A stretch of 64,000 bases of DNA, taken from NCBI GenBank assembly GCA_964195615.1, contig CAXMSB010000159.1:1747-65746 (forward strand). Reading direction: 5' to 3'. Made by a program: the position numbers and the translations under genes. The DNA comes from an uncultured Granulosicoccus sp. (GTDB lineage: Bacteria; Planctomycetota; Planctomycetia; Pirellulales; Lacipirellulaceae). Below are positions 49,158 to 59,806 of this stretch, in pieces; positions within the stretch are counted from its first letter, which is position 1, and each line of letters starts with the position of its first letter. Under the pieces are notes generated by a model. It had not been told where the DNA came from and searched no databases. It saw only the letters and a program-made list of their open reading frames with translations.

Positions 49158-51320
49158 ATGACACGAATCAACACAAATGTCAGCTCGCTGGTTGCCCAAA
49201 ACACGTTGGGTCGGTCGAATGCGAGCTTGAACGAAGCCCTCACGCGGTTGAGCACCGGTTTGCGGATCAACACTGGTAAGGACGACCCGGCCGGTTTGAT
49301 CGCTAGCGAAAACCTGCGTAGCGACATCACCAGCATCAAACGGGCCATCGGCAACACCGACCGGGCCAATCAGGTCATCGCCACGGCCGACAGCTCTCTG
49401 GGCCAGGTGAGCTCGCTGCTCAACGATATTCGCGGACTGGTCACCGAGTCGGCCAACACGGGTGCTCTTTCTAGCGATCAAATTGCTGCTAATCAGTTGC
49501 AGTTGGATTCGTCGCTTGAGGCGTTGAACCGAATCGCTCAAACCACGACCTTCCAAGGTCGACGTCTGCTGGACGGTAGCTTGGACTTCCTGACCACGGC
49601 AGGCACGAACTTCACGAACCTTTCGAATTTACAGATCGACCAAGCCAACCTTGGCACTGCGGGTCAGGTAGCCGTCGACATCGACGTCTCCACCGCTGCC
49701 ACGCAGGCGACGATTGATATTGCCTCTATTCCGGCTGGAATTGCGGGCGTTACCGCGTCGGATGGTACGATCGACTTCCAGACGGCTGCGGTAACCATAG
49801 CACAGGCCAGCGGTACTATCGCAATTGGTGCTGCTGGTGCGGGTGGGTTCGATCTAGCTGCCGATGCCAGCGGTGCTGCCGATGGAGCGGCTGGCAACGC
49901 GGTTCAGGTCGACGTGATCGATGGCGGCGGCGGTTTCACCCTTGCGGCTGTCTATAATTCTGGCACGAACACGATTGAAGTGACCGGTGATATCTCAGGT
50001 GGTTTTACGGTCACCGATATTGCGGCTATCATCAATACTGATCTTGGTACCGATTTCACAACTTCAAGTGTCACCACTGGTGGTACGGCTGCCATTGTGG
50101 AGGCAAACGTAGGTACTCTCACCGGTGGTGTCGATGCGGTCGCCCAAGTGGACGCTGCGATCACGATTAGTGCTGCCTCTGCCGGTGCCTCGTTTAACCG
50201 GACGATTACCTTTATTAGCACCGCTGATTTGGGTGCTGGTGTAGCTACGGCAACCGATAACGGTACGACCTTGGCGATTAGTGTGGACGATGACACTGCC
50301 GTCGATCTGTCCGCGGTGGTAACTGCAATCGAGGGTGCGATTGGCACGACCAGTTTCACGACCTCATTGGTCAGCACCACGGGTGACAGCCAGTTCAACA
50401 CTACGGTAGACACCGATCCGACGTTGACCAACGTCGGTGCCACAACTGCCGGTGTGACCGCCGGCGGCGGTTTGACCGATGCGGTTGTTATCGAGTTGTC
50501 TGGTGCGGATGGTTCGGAAGTGTTGAGCTTCGGTGTTGGTACTTCCATTGCCGAGTTGGTCACAGGTATCAATCTGGTCAGCGACGCCACCGGCGTTACC
50601 GCTGCGGTAAACGGCACCACGGCGACCACGCTCGACCTGACCTCGGCTGATTATGGCGACAATGCTTTTGTCGACCTCAAGGTTATCAGCGAAGGCACGG
50701 GAACACCGACCTTTACGAATGATGTCGGTCAAGGTGAGCGAAACACGGGCACCGACATTGTCGCTTCGATCAACGGCGTGTCTGGGAGTGGCAGCGGCAA
50801 CGAATTGACGATCAACACCGCGACGCTCGATCTGACCACCGCGCTCACGGCAGGCTTCACGGGCACCGCCAGCTTCACGATCACTGGTGGTGGCGCGCTG
50901 TTCCAACTGGGACCAGATGTCGTGTCGAACCAACAAGCCCGTCTGGGTATCGGCAGCGTGAACACCGCCCGACTGGGTAGTCAGAGCGGCAAGTTGTTCC
51001 AGCTTGGTACCGGTGGTTCCAACGAGCTGACGAGTAGCTCGCTGGACGTAGCAGCTAAAATCGTTGAAGAGGCGATCGATCAGGTCACTTCGCTTCGCGG
51101 TCGATTGGGTGCGTTCCAACGAACGACTCTAGAAACCAATAAGCAAGCCTTGAACGACACGTTAGTCAACCTGAGCGAAGCGGAAAGTTCAATCCGCGAC
51201 GCTGATTTCGCCGCCGAAACGGCGAACTTGACGCGGGCCCAGATTCTGGTGCAGTCGGGTACCACGGTGCTTCAGATTGCCAACTCGAATCCGCAGAACG
51301 TCTTGGCACTGCTGAGATAG
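49158..51320 (+). CDS. fliC: Flagellin
   Basis: RINTNV, RLSTGLRIN...DDPAGL, SSIRDADFA.E, ANSNPQNVLALLR. Confidence 0.98.
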   Translation: MTRINTNVSSLVAQNTLGRSNASLNEALTRLSTGLRINTGKDDPAGLIASENLRSDITSIKRAIGNTDRANQVIATADSSLGQVSSLLNDIRGLVTESANTGALSSDQIAANQLQLDSSLEALNRIAQTTTFQGRRLLDGSLDFLTTAGTNFTNLSNLQIDQANLGTAGQVAVDIDVSTAATQATIDIASIPAGIAGVTASDGTIDFQTAAVTIAQASGTIAIGAAGAGGFDLAADASGAADGAAGNAVQVDVIDGGGGFTLAAVYNSGTNTIEVTGDISGGFTVTDIAAIINTDLGTDFTTSSVTTGGTAAIVEANVGTLTGGVDAVAQVDAAITISAASAGASFNRTITFISTADLGAGVATATDNGTTLAISVDDDTAVDLSAVVTAIEGAIGTTSFTTSLVSTTGDSQFNTTVDTDPTLTNVGATTAGVTAGGGLTDAVVIELSGADGSEVLSFGVGTSIAELVTGINLVSDATGVTAAVNGTTATTLDLTSADYGDNAFVDLKVISEGTGTPTFTNDVGQGERNTGTDIVASINGVSGSGSGNELTINTATLDLTTALTAGFTGTASFTITGGGALFQLGPDVVSNQQARLGIGSVNTARLGSQSGKLFQLGTGGSNELTSSSLDVAAKIVEEAIDQVTSLRGRLGAFQRTTLETNKQALNDTLVNLSEAESSIRDADFAAETANLTRAQILVQSGTTVLQIANSNPQNVLALLR

Positions 51321-51379
51321 CGGAAGAGAGTCTAGAGTCGAGAGCCAGATTGGCGATTGGCTCCTGAAGAGAACTTCAA

Positions 51380-51419
51380 GCCGGTTCGGTCCTTCGATAG
51401 GGCCGGACCGGCTTTTTTT
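51380..51419 (+). terminator. Rho-independent terminator after fliC
   Basis: GCCGGTTCGGTCCT/AGGGCCGGACCGGC followed by seven T. Confidence 0.85.
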
Positions 51420-51591
51420 GTTGCGCCTTGGCTTCTTCCGTGACCGATACATTCGATAGGGTTGCGTGCCGTGGTGCTAGCGTTCTGCGCGTTTAGCGCA
51501 ACCTATATTTTAGTTCTCACTTCTCCTTCCCTCGTTGAGCGCGGGAACCCGGCGCTTGCTGACCACTGATAGCTGACAGCTTAATCCATCT

Positions 51592-54500
51592 ATGGGCAGA
51601 ATCACTTCCAATATCGGACTGGTTACGGGAATTCCGATCGCGGATACCGTCGATCAATTGATGCAGATCTCCGGGATTCCTCGGGACCGGCTGGCGACTC
51701 GTACCCAAGGCCTGCAGTCTCAACAGCTGGCTATCTCATCGCTGTCGTCGCGGCTGCTGGCCATCAAGTTCAGTCTCAACAGCCTCAACGTCAGCAGCGT
51801 CTACAACGGCCGTGAAGTCACCTCCAGCGACACCGACGTCCTGACCGCCTCGCTAGCATCCGGCGCCAGCCCGCCGGTCGGCAACTTCGACGTGCGAACC
51901 GTGCGAACGGCATCCGCCCAACAACTGCTTAGCCAGCGATTCGAGGACCTGGAAAGCGGATTTGGCTCGGGCACGTTGTCTTTCGGATTCGGCGGCCTGG
52001 TCGACCGAGGCATCTCGCTCGACGAACTGAACGACGGCGCCGGCGTGACGCGGGGGCAGATTCAAATCACGGATCGGAGCGGCGCTTCAGCGGTGATCGA
52101 TCTCAGCGTCATTCGCTCGGTCGACGATGTCGTCCAAGCAATCAACAACGACACCACGGTCAACGTCACCGCCGTCGCCGACGGCGATGCCTTCAAGCTC
52201 ATCGACAACACGGGCGCTAGCGCCGCCAACCTCTCGGTGTCAGAGGTTGGCACCGGAACCACTGCGGCTGACCTGGGGCTGGACGGGATCAATGTCGCCG
52301 CGTCCGACGCGACGGGATCCGACGTGTTTCAACTTCATACCGGAACCAAGTTGTCATTATTGAATGACGGCAACGGTGTGCAGATCACCGGTGATCTGGT
52401 CGACGTCGACGATCTAACGATCACGCTAATCGACGGGACCGTTGATGGGGCCGACCTTTCGGGAGCCAAGACGCTCGACGACGTCATCAACGCGATCAAC
52501 AACGACGCAGGGCTTACCGGCAAGATTACTGCCGCGATCTCGGCCGATGGCAATCGCTTGGTGCTGACCGATTTAACCAGTGGCGGCGGCACCTTTAGCG
52601 TCGCCAACGGCCTGACCGGCACCACAGCCGATGACTTGGGCCTGACCGTCGCGGCAGCCGGCGCGACGATTACCGGCAATCGCCTGGTTTCTGGGCTGAG
52701 TGACACGCTGCTCTCCAGTCTCAACGGAGGCCAAGGCGTCGGCGCCTTGAGCCAGGTGGCGATCACCGACCGCAACGCCGGCAACGACACTGTTGATCTG
52801 GCAACGGCCGAAACGCTGGGCGACGTGATCGATTTGATCAACGCCTCGACGGCCGATGTGACCGCGGCAATCAACACCTCGCGCGGTGGGATCACGATCA
52901 CCGACACCTCCGGCGGAAGCGGCAGCCTCATCGTCGCCAATGGCGACGGGACCAACTCGGCCGACGCGTTGTCAATTGCGGTGAATGCCGCCCAGGCTTC
53001 GGTCGACAGCGGTACACTGAATCGCCAGTCGATCAGCGAAGCGACCCTGCTCTCGTCGCTCAACGGCGGGGCAGGAGCTACCGTGGGCGACATTTCGATC
53101 ACTGACACCAACGGCAAGACCATCGCGATTGACGTCAATCCGCTTGGCAATGAGGCAAAAACGGTCGGCGACGTGATCGATAAAATCAACGCCGCCGCCA
53201 CGGGTGTCAATCCGCTTGGCGTCGAGGCAAGGATCAATGACACGGGCGACGGCATCTTGATTGTCGATACGGTCAGCGGCGTCTCGACACTCGGCGTCAG
53301 CGACATCAGCGGCACGATTGCCGAGAGTTTGAATCTCACCCGCGCCAGCGCCACAGTCGACATCAACGGCACGCCAACGGTGGTGGTCGACGGCACAGAT
53401 CGATTCTCGGTCGACCTCTCCGATCTCGACTCCTCGCCCACCTCGATCAGCCTGGCATCGCTCAACGGCGGCGCCAGCATCGCGGCGGGCGACTTTACGA
53501 TCACCGACTCCGACGGCGGAATTACGGCTATCGACTTCAACGGCACCGACGCAGGGATCGCCACGATTGGACAATTGATCGATACGATCAACGCCCGCGC
53601 GGCGGCCAGCGGAGCGAACGTCACCGCCAGCATCAACAGCGCCAGCACGGGCATCTTGCTTACCGACAATGCCAATGGGTCGGAGAAGCTAACCGTTACG
53701 GATATCAACTCCTCCACGGCCGCCGACTTGAAGATCGAAGGCGAGACGACCGGGGGAACGATTGACGGTTCCGGTCTGTTTTCTGCGCAAAGCGTGAATC
53801 AGGGCGTGCTGGACAAGTTGACAGACCGCATCAACGATCTCGACGCAGGGGTGACGGCCGGCACGATTTTTGACGGCTTCGGATACCGATTGTCGCTCAC
53901 GGTTGATCAAACCGGCTCGGGCAACGAGCTGCTGCTCGACCCGGGCACGTCGGTGCTGGCGTTTGAGCAAATCACCTCCGCTCAGGACGCCTTGGTCGTG
54001 TTCGGCGAGCAGCCGACGCCTGGCTCGGGGGTGCTGATCAGTTCCAGAACGAACGAATTCGACGAGCTGGTCAGCGGGGTCAACCTGACCGCCATCGCGG
54101 CCAGCGCCACGCCAGTGACCGTTGCCGTCAATAGCGACGACTCGCCGGTTATCGACGCGGCCGAGGACTTCGTCGATGCGTACAATGCCTTGCGAGAAGA
54201 ACTCGATGAGCTGACAGCGTTCGACGAGGAAAGTCTGACAACTGGCTTGCTCTTCGGCAGCAACGAGGCGTTACGAGTCGAGACTGAGCTGTCACGACTA
54301 GTAACAGATCGCTTTCGAGGGCTGGGCAGCTTTGAGACGCTTGCCGAAATTGGGATCACCGTCGACGGCAAGGGCAAGCTGCAACTTGACAAGACCGAGC
54401 TGCAAGAGGCCTTTGCCGAGAATCCCTCCGCACTGCAAACGTTCTTCAGTGACGACAGCAACGGCGTCGTCGCGAAGTTCAACGAGGCCATCGATCGATT

Positions 54501-54720
54501 GGCTGACGTCGACAATAGTTTGCTTACCAACCGTAGCGACGCGTTGCAGGCAACGATTGAATCGAACGAACAGCGGATCGAACAACTCAATGAATCGTTG
54601 GATCGACAGCGCGAGCGACTGCTGCTGCAGTTTTTTCAGCTAGAACAGGTCATCGCCGGCTTGCAGCAGAATCTGTCAGCCCTGCAAGGCCTGCAGCCGC
54701 TGGCGCCGTTGTCGACCTAG
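51592..54720 (+). CDS. fliD: Extended filament cap FliD (1042 aa)
   Basis: GLVTGI...VDQLM, AQDA, FVDAYN, LAEIGIT, LLLQF..LE..IA.LQ. Confidence 0.93.
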   Translation: MGRITSNIGLVTGIPIADTVDQLMQISGIPRDRLATRTQGLQSQQLAISSLSSRLLAIKFSLNSLNVSSVYNGREVTSSDTDVLTASLASGASPPVGNFDVRTVRTASAQQLLSQRFEDLESGFGSGTLSFGFGGLVDRGISLDELNDGAGVTRGQIQITDRSGASAVIDLSVIRSVDDVVQAINNDTTVNVTAVADGDAFKLIDNTGASAANLSVSEVGTGTTAADLGLDGINVAASDATGSDVFQLHTGTKLSLLNDGNGVQITGDLVDVDDLTITLIDGTVDGADLSGAKTLDDVINAINNDAGLTGKITAAISADGNRLVLTDLTSGGGTFSVANGLTGTTADDLGLTVAAAGATITGNRLVSGLSDTLLSSLNGGQGVGALSQVAITDRNAGNDTVDLATAETLGDVIDLINASTADVTAAINTSRGGITITDTSGGSGSLIVANGDGTNSADALSIAVNAAQASVDSGTLNRQSISEATLLSSLNGGAGATVGDISITDTNGKTIAIDVNPLGNEAKTVGDVIDKINAAATGVNPLGVEARINDTGDGILIVDTVSGVSTLGVSDISGTIAESLNLTRASATVDINGTPTVVVDGTDRFSVDLSDLDSSPTSISLASLNGGASIAAGDFTITDSDGGITAIDFNGTDAGIATIGQLIDTINARAAASGANVTASINSASTGILLTDNANGSEKLTVTDINSSTAADLKIEGETTGGTIDGSGLFSAQSVNQGVLDKLTDRINDLDAGVTAGTIFDGFGYRLSLTVDQTGSGNELLLDPGTSVLAFEQITSAQDALVVFGEQPTPGSGVLISSRTNEFDELVSGVNLTAIAASATPVTVAVNSDDSPVIDAAEDFVDAYNALREELDELTAFDEESLTTGLLFGSNEALRVETELSRLVTDRFRGLGSFETLAEIGITVDGKGKLQLDKTELQEAFAENPSALQTFFSDDSNGVVAKFNEAIDRLADVDNSLLTNRSDALQATIESNEQRIEQLNESLDRQRERLLLQFFQLEQVIAGLQQNLSALQGLQPLAPLST

Positions 54721-54775
54721 AGAAGATTACTTACTTGTGCTGTTTCTCCCCACGTCTGTCATGCGAGCATCTATC

Positions 54776-55237
54776 ATGTCAAAACCTTCTGATTCACATT
54801 ATCTCGAGGGCAAGATTCTCACCGCGTCTCAACCCCGGCTGCATTTGATGTTGCTGGAAGGCGCTCTACGATTTGGCCAACAGGCGAAGCAGAAGTGGAG
54901 CGACGAAGAAATGTCGGCCGAGGTCGGAGAGTTGCTCAATCGCATGATGGACGTCGTGGAAGAGATGACGCTGAGCACCGCCGTCCCTGATAGCGAAATC
55001 GCCAAGCAGTTGGTCGAGCAATACGCGTTTCTCTATCGCGAGCTGGGCCAAAGCCGCGTCCATGGCGATCGCACGAAACTCGACGAATGCCTGGAGCTTC
55101 TGGAGTTTCATCGCGAGACCTGGAAACTCGCCTGTGAAAACGTGGCCGCCGACACGGCGACGCCCAGCAAGGCTCCGGTGCTTCCCCCCCATCATCTCTC
55201 ACCCAGCACCACAGACAGCTTTTCCTTGGAAGCGTAG
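54776..55237 (+). CDS. fliS: Flagellin chaperone FliS
   Basis: Y...ILTASQPRLHLMLLEGALRF; RETWK. Confidence 0.88.
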   Translation: MSKPSDSHYLEGKILTASQPRLHLMLLEGALRFGQQAKQKWSDEEMSAEVGELLNRMMDVVEEMTLSTAVPDSEIAKQLVEQYAFLYRELGQSRVHGDRTKLDECLELLEFHRETWKLACENVAADTATPSKAPVLPPHHLSPSTTDSFSLEA

Positions 55238-55251
55238 GAATCGCCTCCGCT

Positions 55252-55335
55252 AGCCGCATTGCCACGCGAAGCAAGGCGCGCCGTCTATCGCTGTTGCCCC
55301 CCCGCGCCTTGTGTTGCGTTGCAACACGGCTGGCA
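55252..55335. repeat. Partial family-B-like inverted repeat
   Basis: AGCCGCATTGCCACGC ... GCGTTGCAACACGGCT, like the outer arms at 17744/17866. Confidence 0.6.
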
Positions 55336-55418
55336 AGCGATTGACGCGCCGCTTGCGGTGCGCCTATCATCGGGCTTGCGGAATCAACCGTTTTCCACCC
55401 GTAGCGAGAGATTTCTTC

Positions 55419-56288
55419 GTGACTTCCACTAAGACCAAGCAGCTTATCCGCGTGGGACATAGCCCCGACCCCGACGATGCCTTCATGTTCCACGCCCTGG
55501 CCAACGACCATCTCGACACGGGCGACTACCAGTTCACCCATGAGCTGGTCGACATCGAGACGCTCAACCAGCGCGCGTTCAGTGGCGAGCTTGAGCTGAC
55601 GGCCGTCAGCATCCACGCCTACGCGTTCCTGAAAGACAAGTACCTGCTGTGCAACAGCGGGGCCAGCATGGGCGAGGGCTATGGGCCGATGGTCGTGGCT
55701 CGGGAAAAGTGCGGCGTCGAGGATCTGGCCGGCAAGGTGATCGCAGTGCCCGGCAAACTCACGAGCGCCTTCTTGGCCTTGCGAATGTGTCTGGGGAAGG
55801 ATTTCGAGCACGTCCTGGTGCCGTTCGACGAGATCATTCCATCGGTCGGTCGGGGCGAGTACGAAGGACAAAAGGTCGACGTCGGACTGATTATTCACGA
55901 AGGCCAACTCACCTACGCCGACAGCACACTGGAGTTGGTGCTCGACCTGGGCGTCTGGTGGCACGAGCTCACCGGCCTGCCGTTGCCGCTGGGCGCCAAC
56001 GCGATTCGCAAGGACCTGGGCACAGAAACGATCCAAGAGGTCGAGCGGCTGCTCTACGCCAGTATCAAGTATGGGCTCGAACATCGCGACGAGGCCCTGG
56101 CCTACGCGCTGCAGTATGGTCGAGACCTCGACCACAGCAAGGCCGACCGATTTGTCGGGATGTACGTGAACGATCGGACCCTCGACTTCGGCCCCGAGGG
56201 GCGCGAGGCGGTGGCTCGCTTCCTGGCCATGGGCCACGAGCAGGGGATCTTGCCTGAATTGGTGGTGCCCGAGTTTGTCAGTGCGTAA
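55419..56288 (+). CDS. mqnD: 1,4-dihydroxy-6-naphthoate synthase (futalosine pathway)
   Basis: GHSPDPDDAFMF, IETLN, GLIIHEG, LPLPLG, GMYVN. Confidence 0.92.
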   Translation: MTSTKTKQLIRVGHSPDPDDAFMFHALANDHLDTGDYQFTHELVDIETLNQRAFSGELELTAVSIHAYAFLKDKYLLCNSGASMGEGYGPMVVAREKCGVEDLAGKVIAVPGKLTSAFLALRMCLGKDFEHVLVPFDEIIPSVGRGEYEGQKVDVGLIIHEGQLTYADSTLELVLDLGVWWHELTGLPLPLGANAIRKDLGTETIQEVERLLYASIKYGLEHRDEALAYALQYGRDLDHSKADRFVGMYVNDRTLDFGPEGREAVARFLAMGHEQGILPELVVPEFVSA

Positions 56289-56332
56289 CGAAGCTGGCTC
56301 GGAACTGCACGTCAACTGCATTTGGACCTCAC

Positions 56333-57586
56333 ATGCCCGCCGACTGGAAAGATCAGCTTGATGCAATCATCGGCGACGTCCGCGCCGAAGTCGTCGGCTT
56401 GCGTCGACACCTGCACGCCCATCCCGAGCCGAGCGGCGCGGAGCTCCAGACGAGTCTTCATCTCTATCAACTGCTGGGCAAGATGGAACTCGACGTTCGC
56501 ATGGGCCCCGACGGCTGCGGAGTAGTGGCCGACAGCGAAACTCCCGGTGCGACCGATCTAGAGCGGCCGCCTGCCAGCCGCGTAGCCCTGCGGGGCGATA
56601 TCGACGCGCTGCGTATTCAAGACGGGAAACAAGTTGACTATCGCAGCACGAATGACGGCATCATGCACGCCTGCGGGCACGATGCTCACATGGCGATTGT
56701 CTATGGCGCGGCCCGGTCCCTCAAGATTCTCGAAGACCGGGAGCAAACACCGTGGCCGGTGGCTTGGCGGGTGATCTTTCAGCCTTCCGAGGAAACCGCG
56801 ACCGGCGCCGCGCGGATGATTGAGGCCGGCGTGCTCGAGCAGGTGACCAAGGTCTTTGCCCTGCACGTCGACCCGACGCGGCGGACCGGCGAAATCGGCA
56901 TGCGCTCCGGCGCTTTGACCGCGCACTGCGATTCCATCCAACTAACAGTTCGGGGCCAGGGAGGCCACGCTGCCCGGCCACACGAGTCGAAGGATCCGAT
57001 CGCCGCCTCGGCCCAGCTTATCAGCGCGCTCTATCAGTTCGTGCCGCGGACGACCGACACGCACGACGCGGTGGTGTTCACGATCGGCCAGATTCAGGGT
57101 GGGGAGAATGCCAACGTGATCCCCAGCGCTGTCGATCTGTGGGGCTCGCTGCGCACGCTCGATGCGACGGTCCGCTCGCAAACCGTCGAGAAGATCAGCC
57201 AGGTCGCGCGCGGCGTGGGCGAGATCACCGACACGGAAATCGACGTCGAGCTGCATACCAGCATTCCCTCGGTACACAACGACGCGGCATTGACGCGGCT
57301 CGTCTGGCACGAGGCCGAGGAGGTCGTGGGTAAGGATCACGTGCAACTGATCGCCCGCCCGAGCATGGGGAGCGAGGACTTTGCCTGTTATTTGCAGGAC
57401 ATTCCTGGCGTGATGTTTCGGCTGGGCTGTGCCAGCGACCTGGCCTCGGCCCGAGCGCTGCACACGCCCGATTTCGACATCGACGAGCGCTCGCTGGAAC
57501 TCGGGGTGCGTATTTTGGCTCGCTCGGCGATAATGGCTTGCCACCCAGATCTGTCGAACGACCGCGAGTCCGCCGGGAGTGAATGA
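56333..57586 (+). CDS. M20D-family amidohydrolase
   Basis: HPE, LRGDIDAL, MHACGHDAH, FQPSEE, GGHAARPH, SEDF, LH.P.F. Confidence 0.93.
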   Translation: MPADWKDQLDAIIGDVRAEVVGLRRHLHAHPEPSGAELQTSLHLYQLLGKMELDVRMGPDGCGVVADSETPGATDLERPPASRVALRGDIDALRIQDGKQVDYRSTNDGIMHACGHDAHMAIVYGAARSLKILEDREQTPWPVAWRVIFQPSEETATGAARMIEAGVLEQVTKVFALHVDPTRRTGEIGMRSGALTAHCDSIQLTVRGQGGHAARPHESKDPIAASAQLISALYQFVPRTTDTHDAVVFTIGQIQGGENANVIPSAVDLWGSLRTLDATVRSQTVEKISQVARGVGEITDTEIDVELHTSIPSVHNDAALTRLVWHEAEEVVGKDHVQLIARPSMGSEDFACYLQDIPGVMFRLGCASDLASARALHTPDFDIDERSLELGVRILARSAIMACHPDLSNDRESAGSE

Positions 57587-58727
57587 CATGGCCGTCATCG
57601 ATTTTCATTCGAACAAGAGCCCCTCACTTGGCATCGAGATCGAGCTCGGCCTGGTCGACGAGCATACGATGGCCCTGTCGAGCTCGTTCGCCGCGTTGAA
57701 AGATCAGCTTCCCAACGACGACGACGTCAATTTCAAGCCGGAACTGATGCAATGCGTGATGGAGATCAACACCGAGGTCTGCGCGACGGTCGATGAAGCC
57801 GAAGAGGACTTGCGGCGGAAGATCGCCGAGGTCGAGACGGCCACCGACGCATTGGGGCTGCGATTGTGGTGGGGCGCCACGCATCCCTTCTCCACGTGGC
57901 GAGAGCAGCAGGTCACGCCCAACGAGCGTTACCTTCAGTTGGTCGAGCTACTGCAGGAGTTGGCCCGCCGGCTGGTCACGTTTGGGTTGCACGTACACGT
58001 CGGCGTCGACTCGGGCGACAAAGCGGTGATGATCTGCGACCGCATCCTGAGGCATCTGCCGACGTTTCTTGCCTTGTCGGTCAGCAGCCCCTTTTGGGAG
58101 GCCCGCAAGACGGGCCTGCAGTCGCATCGCTCGAAGGTGATGGAAGGTCTGCCGACCGCCGGGCTGCCGACGCTGATGCGCAACTGGAGCGAATACGTCT
58201 GGTTGGTGAACCACATGGTCGACACCGGTTTTATCAACACGATACGCGAGATATGGTGGGACGTGCGTCCGCACCACAAGTTCGGCACCGTCGAAGTGCG
58301 AATCTGCGACATGCCCGGCAATCTGGAAGACACGCTGGCGATCGCCGCCCTGATTCAGTGCGTTGTGAAGGGCCTCTCCGATGAGATCGATCACGGGGCC
58401 TATCAGCACGACTGCCACCCGATGATGGTGCAGCAGAACAAGTGGCGCGCTGCCCGCTTCGGCACCGCCGCCCAATTGGTCGATTCCTACACACACCGGG
58501 CTCAACCGGTCGCCCAAGCGGTTGAAAATCTCACCGAGGAGCTCGCCTCGGTGGCCGCCGAGTTGGGTTGTGAAAGGCACATTGAGCAATGCCGACAAAT
58601 CGCCTCGTCACCCAGTTGGGCCGATCGGCAGTTGTCGATCCTGGCGGAAACCAACAGCCCCGAGGAAATCGTCCGCCAGTTGACCAATATCTCACGCATC
58701 ACGCCGGCAGCCCAGCAGGCATCTTGA
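57579..58727 (+). CDS. ybdK: YbdK/GCS2 carboxylate-amine ligase
   Basis: LGIEIEL, EL..C.MEINT, FGLHVHVG, SSPFW, WWDVRP, TVEVRICD. Confidence 0.9.
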   Translation: MNDMAVIDFHSNKSPSLGIEIELGLVDEHTMALSSSFAALKDQLPNDDDVNFKPELMQCVMEINTEVCATVDEAEEDLRRKIAEVETATDALGLRLWWGATHPFSTWREQQVTPNERYLQLVELLQELARRLVTFGLHVHVGVDSGDKAVMICDRILRHLPTFLALSVSSPFWEARKTGLQSHRSKVMEGLPTAGLPTLMRNWSEYVWLVNHMVDTGFINTIREIWWDVRPHHKFGTVEVRICDMPGNLEDTLAIAALIQCVVKGLSDEIDHGAYQHDCHPMMVQQNKWRAARFGTAAQLVDSYTHRAQPVAQAVENLTEELASVAAELGCERHIEQCRQIASSPSWADRQLSILAETNSPEEIVRQLTNISRITPAAQQAS

Positions 58728-58738
58728 GACTATTGGCG

Positions 58739-59305
58739 CTAGGCGTTGGGCTGATTGGCCCCGCGGAGTCGGGAGCGAAGTCGGCTGAGCATCGGGCCGA
58801 CGCTGTTGGTGGGCATGCCGACGGTGCGGCTGATTTCCTGGTAGGTCTTTCCTTCGAGATGAAACATCCGCACGACCTGCGCTTCGTTACCGTCGAGTTG
58901 CCCGAGCAATCGCTCGACCTCGTCGCGATCAGCAATCCGCTGTTCCGGGCCTGACTCGCCCTCCAAGGCGTTGGCTGCGGCAACTCCCAACGGGGTCGCC
59001 GATCGGCTTTCCAGAAGTTTGCGCACAACCACGCGCCGAGAAATCACGGTTAGATACGTGGCCAAACTACTCTGGCCCCGGAAGCGACGGAGCACGGCGA
59101 GATCGTCGGAGACGACGGCCAACATCACCTCGGCGGCCAGATCTTCCCGATCGGCTGGCGAGAGCAGTATCGAGCGACTCTGAGCCGTATGGTTGATCAC
59201 GTGCATCACCAGGCCCATGTAGCGGTCGACGAAGTCCTCCCAGGCACGCGGCTTCTTGGCGAGGCAGCGTTCGAGCAAGCTGCGGTCGATTTCGGATAAT
59301 GCCAC
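58739..59305 (-). CDS. ECF-type RNA polymerase sigma factor
   Basis: AWEDFVDRY, DREDL, FRGQSSLATYL, region-4 HTH YQEIS..V...LSR. Confidence 0.9.
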   Translation of the reverse strand: MALSEIDRSLLERCLAKKPRAWEDFVDRYMGLVMHVINHTAQSRSILLSPADREDLAAEVMLAVVSDDLAVLRRFRGQSSLATYLTVISRRVVVRKLLESRSATPLGVAAANALEGESGPEQRIADRDEVERLLGQLDGNEAQVVRMFHLEGKTYQEISRTVGMPTNSVGPMLSRLRSRLRGANQPNA

Positions 59306-59580
59306 GAGTGCTGCCCTAGAGGGAATGTCGCAAGACGAGGATACCGGCCACCCCACGAGGGCGACATAAGGAACCTACCAAGCGGCGCCCGCTCCTGCTG
59401 CAAAGCTAGGGAGCGATTCCGGACGTCTAGGTAGGCTACTGCCACCCGGGCGAACCGGTGATTCCAGTGCCGGCTGGTATACCTTTAATTCTAAATAGCC
59501 GCTCCGGCGGGAGCAAGGCGAACGTGTTGGACCCTGTAGACAGAGACTTTCACCGGTACACCTTGCCCGACCCACACCGC

Positions 59581-59612
59581 TTGACAGGGCCCCAGCGGGA
59601 GGCGTATATAAT
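59581..59612 (+). promoter_or_regulatory. Sigma70-like promoter upstream of ferredoxin
   Basis: TTGACA-N18-TATATA (TATAAT 2 nt further). Confidence 0.55.
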
Positions 59613-59806
59613 GGGCCGGCTGGTAGCGGTTAGAAGGCGAAAGTCTTTTCCAGGTAAATACTTGTCCTCTGTCAGCCGATACAGGTATCATTCAAAAATT
59701 GCGAGGCGTCAGCGGACCGCTCAACCGGCCGCGGCCCCTCCCCCTCCCGTGTGCTCGGCACACGTTGGTTTCGCCGTCGTAGATGTCGTAGAAGGAGACT
59801 TAGAGG

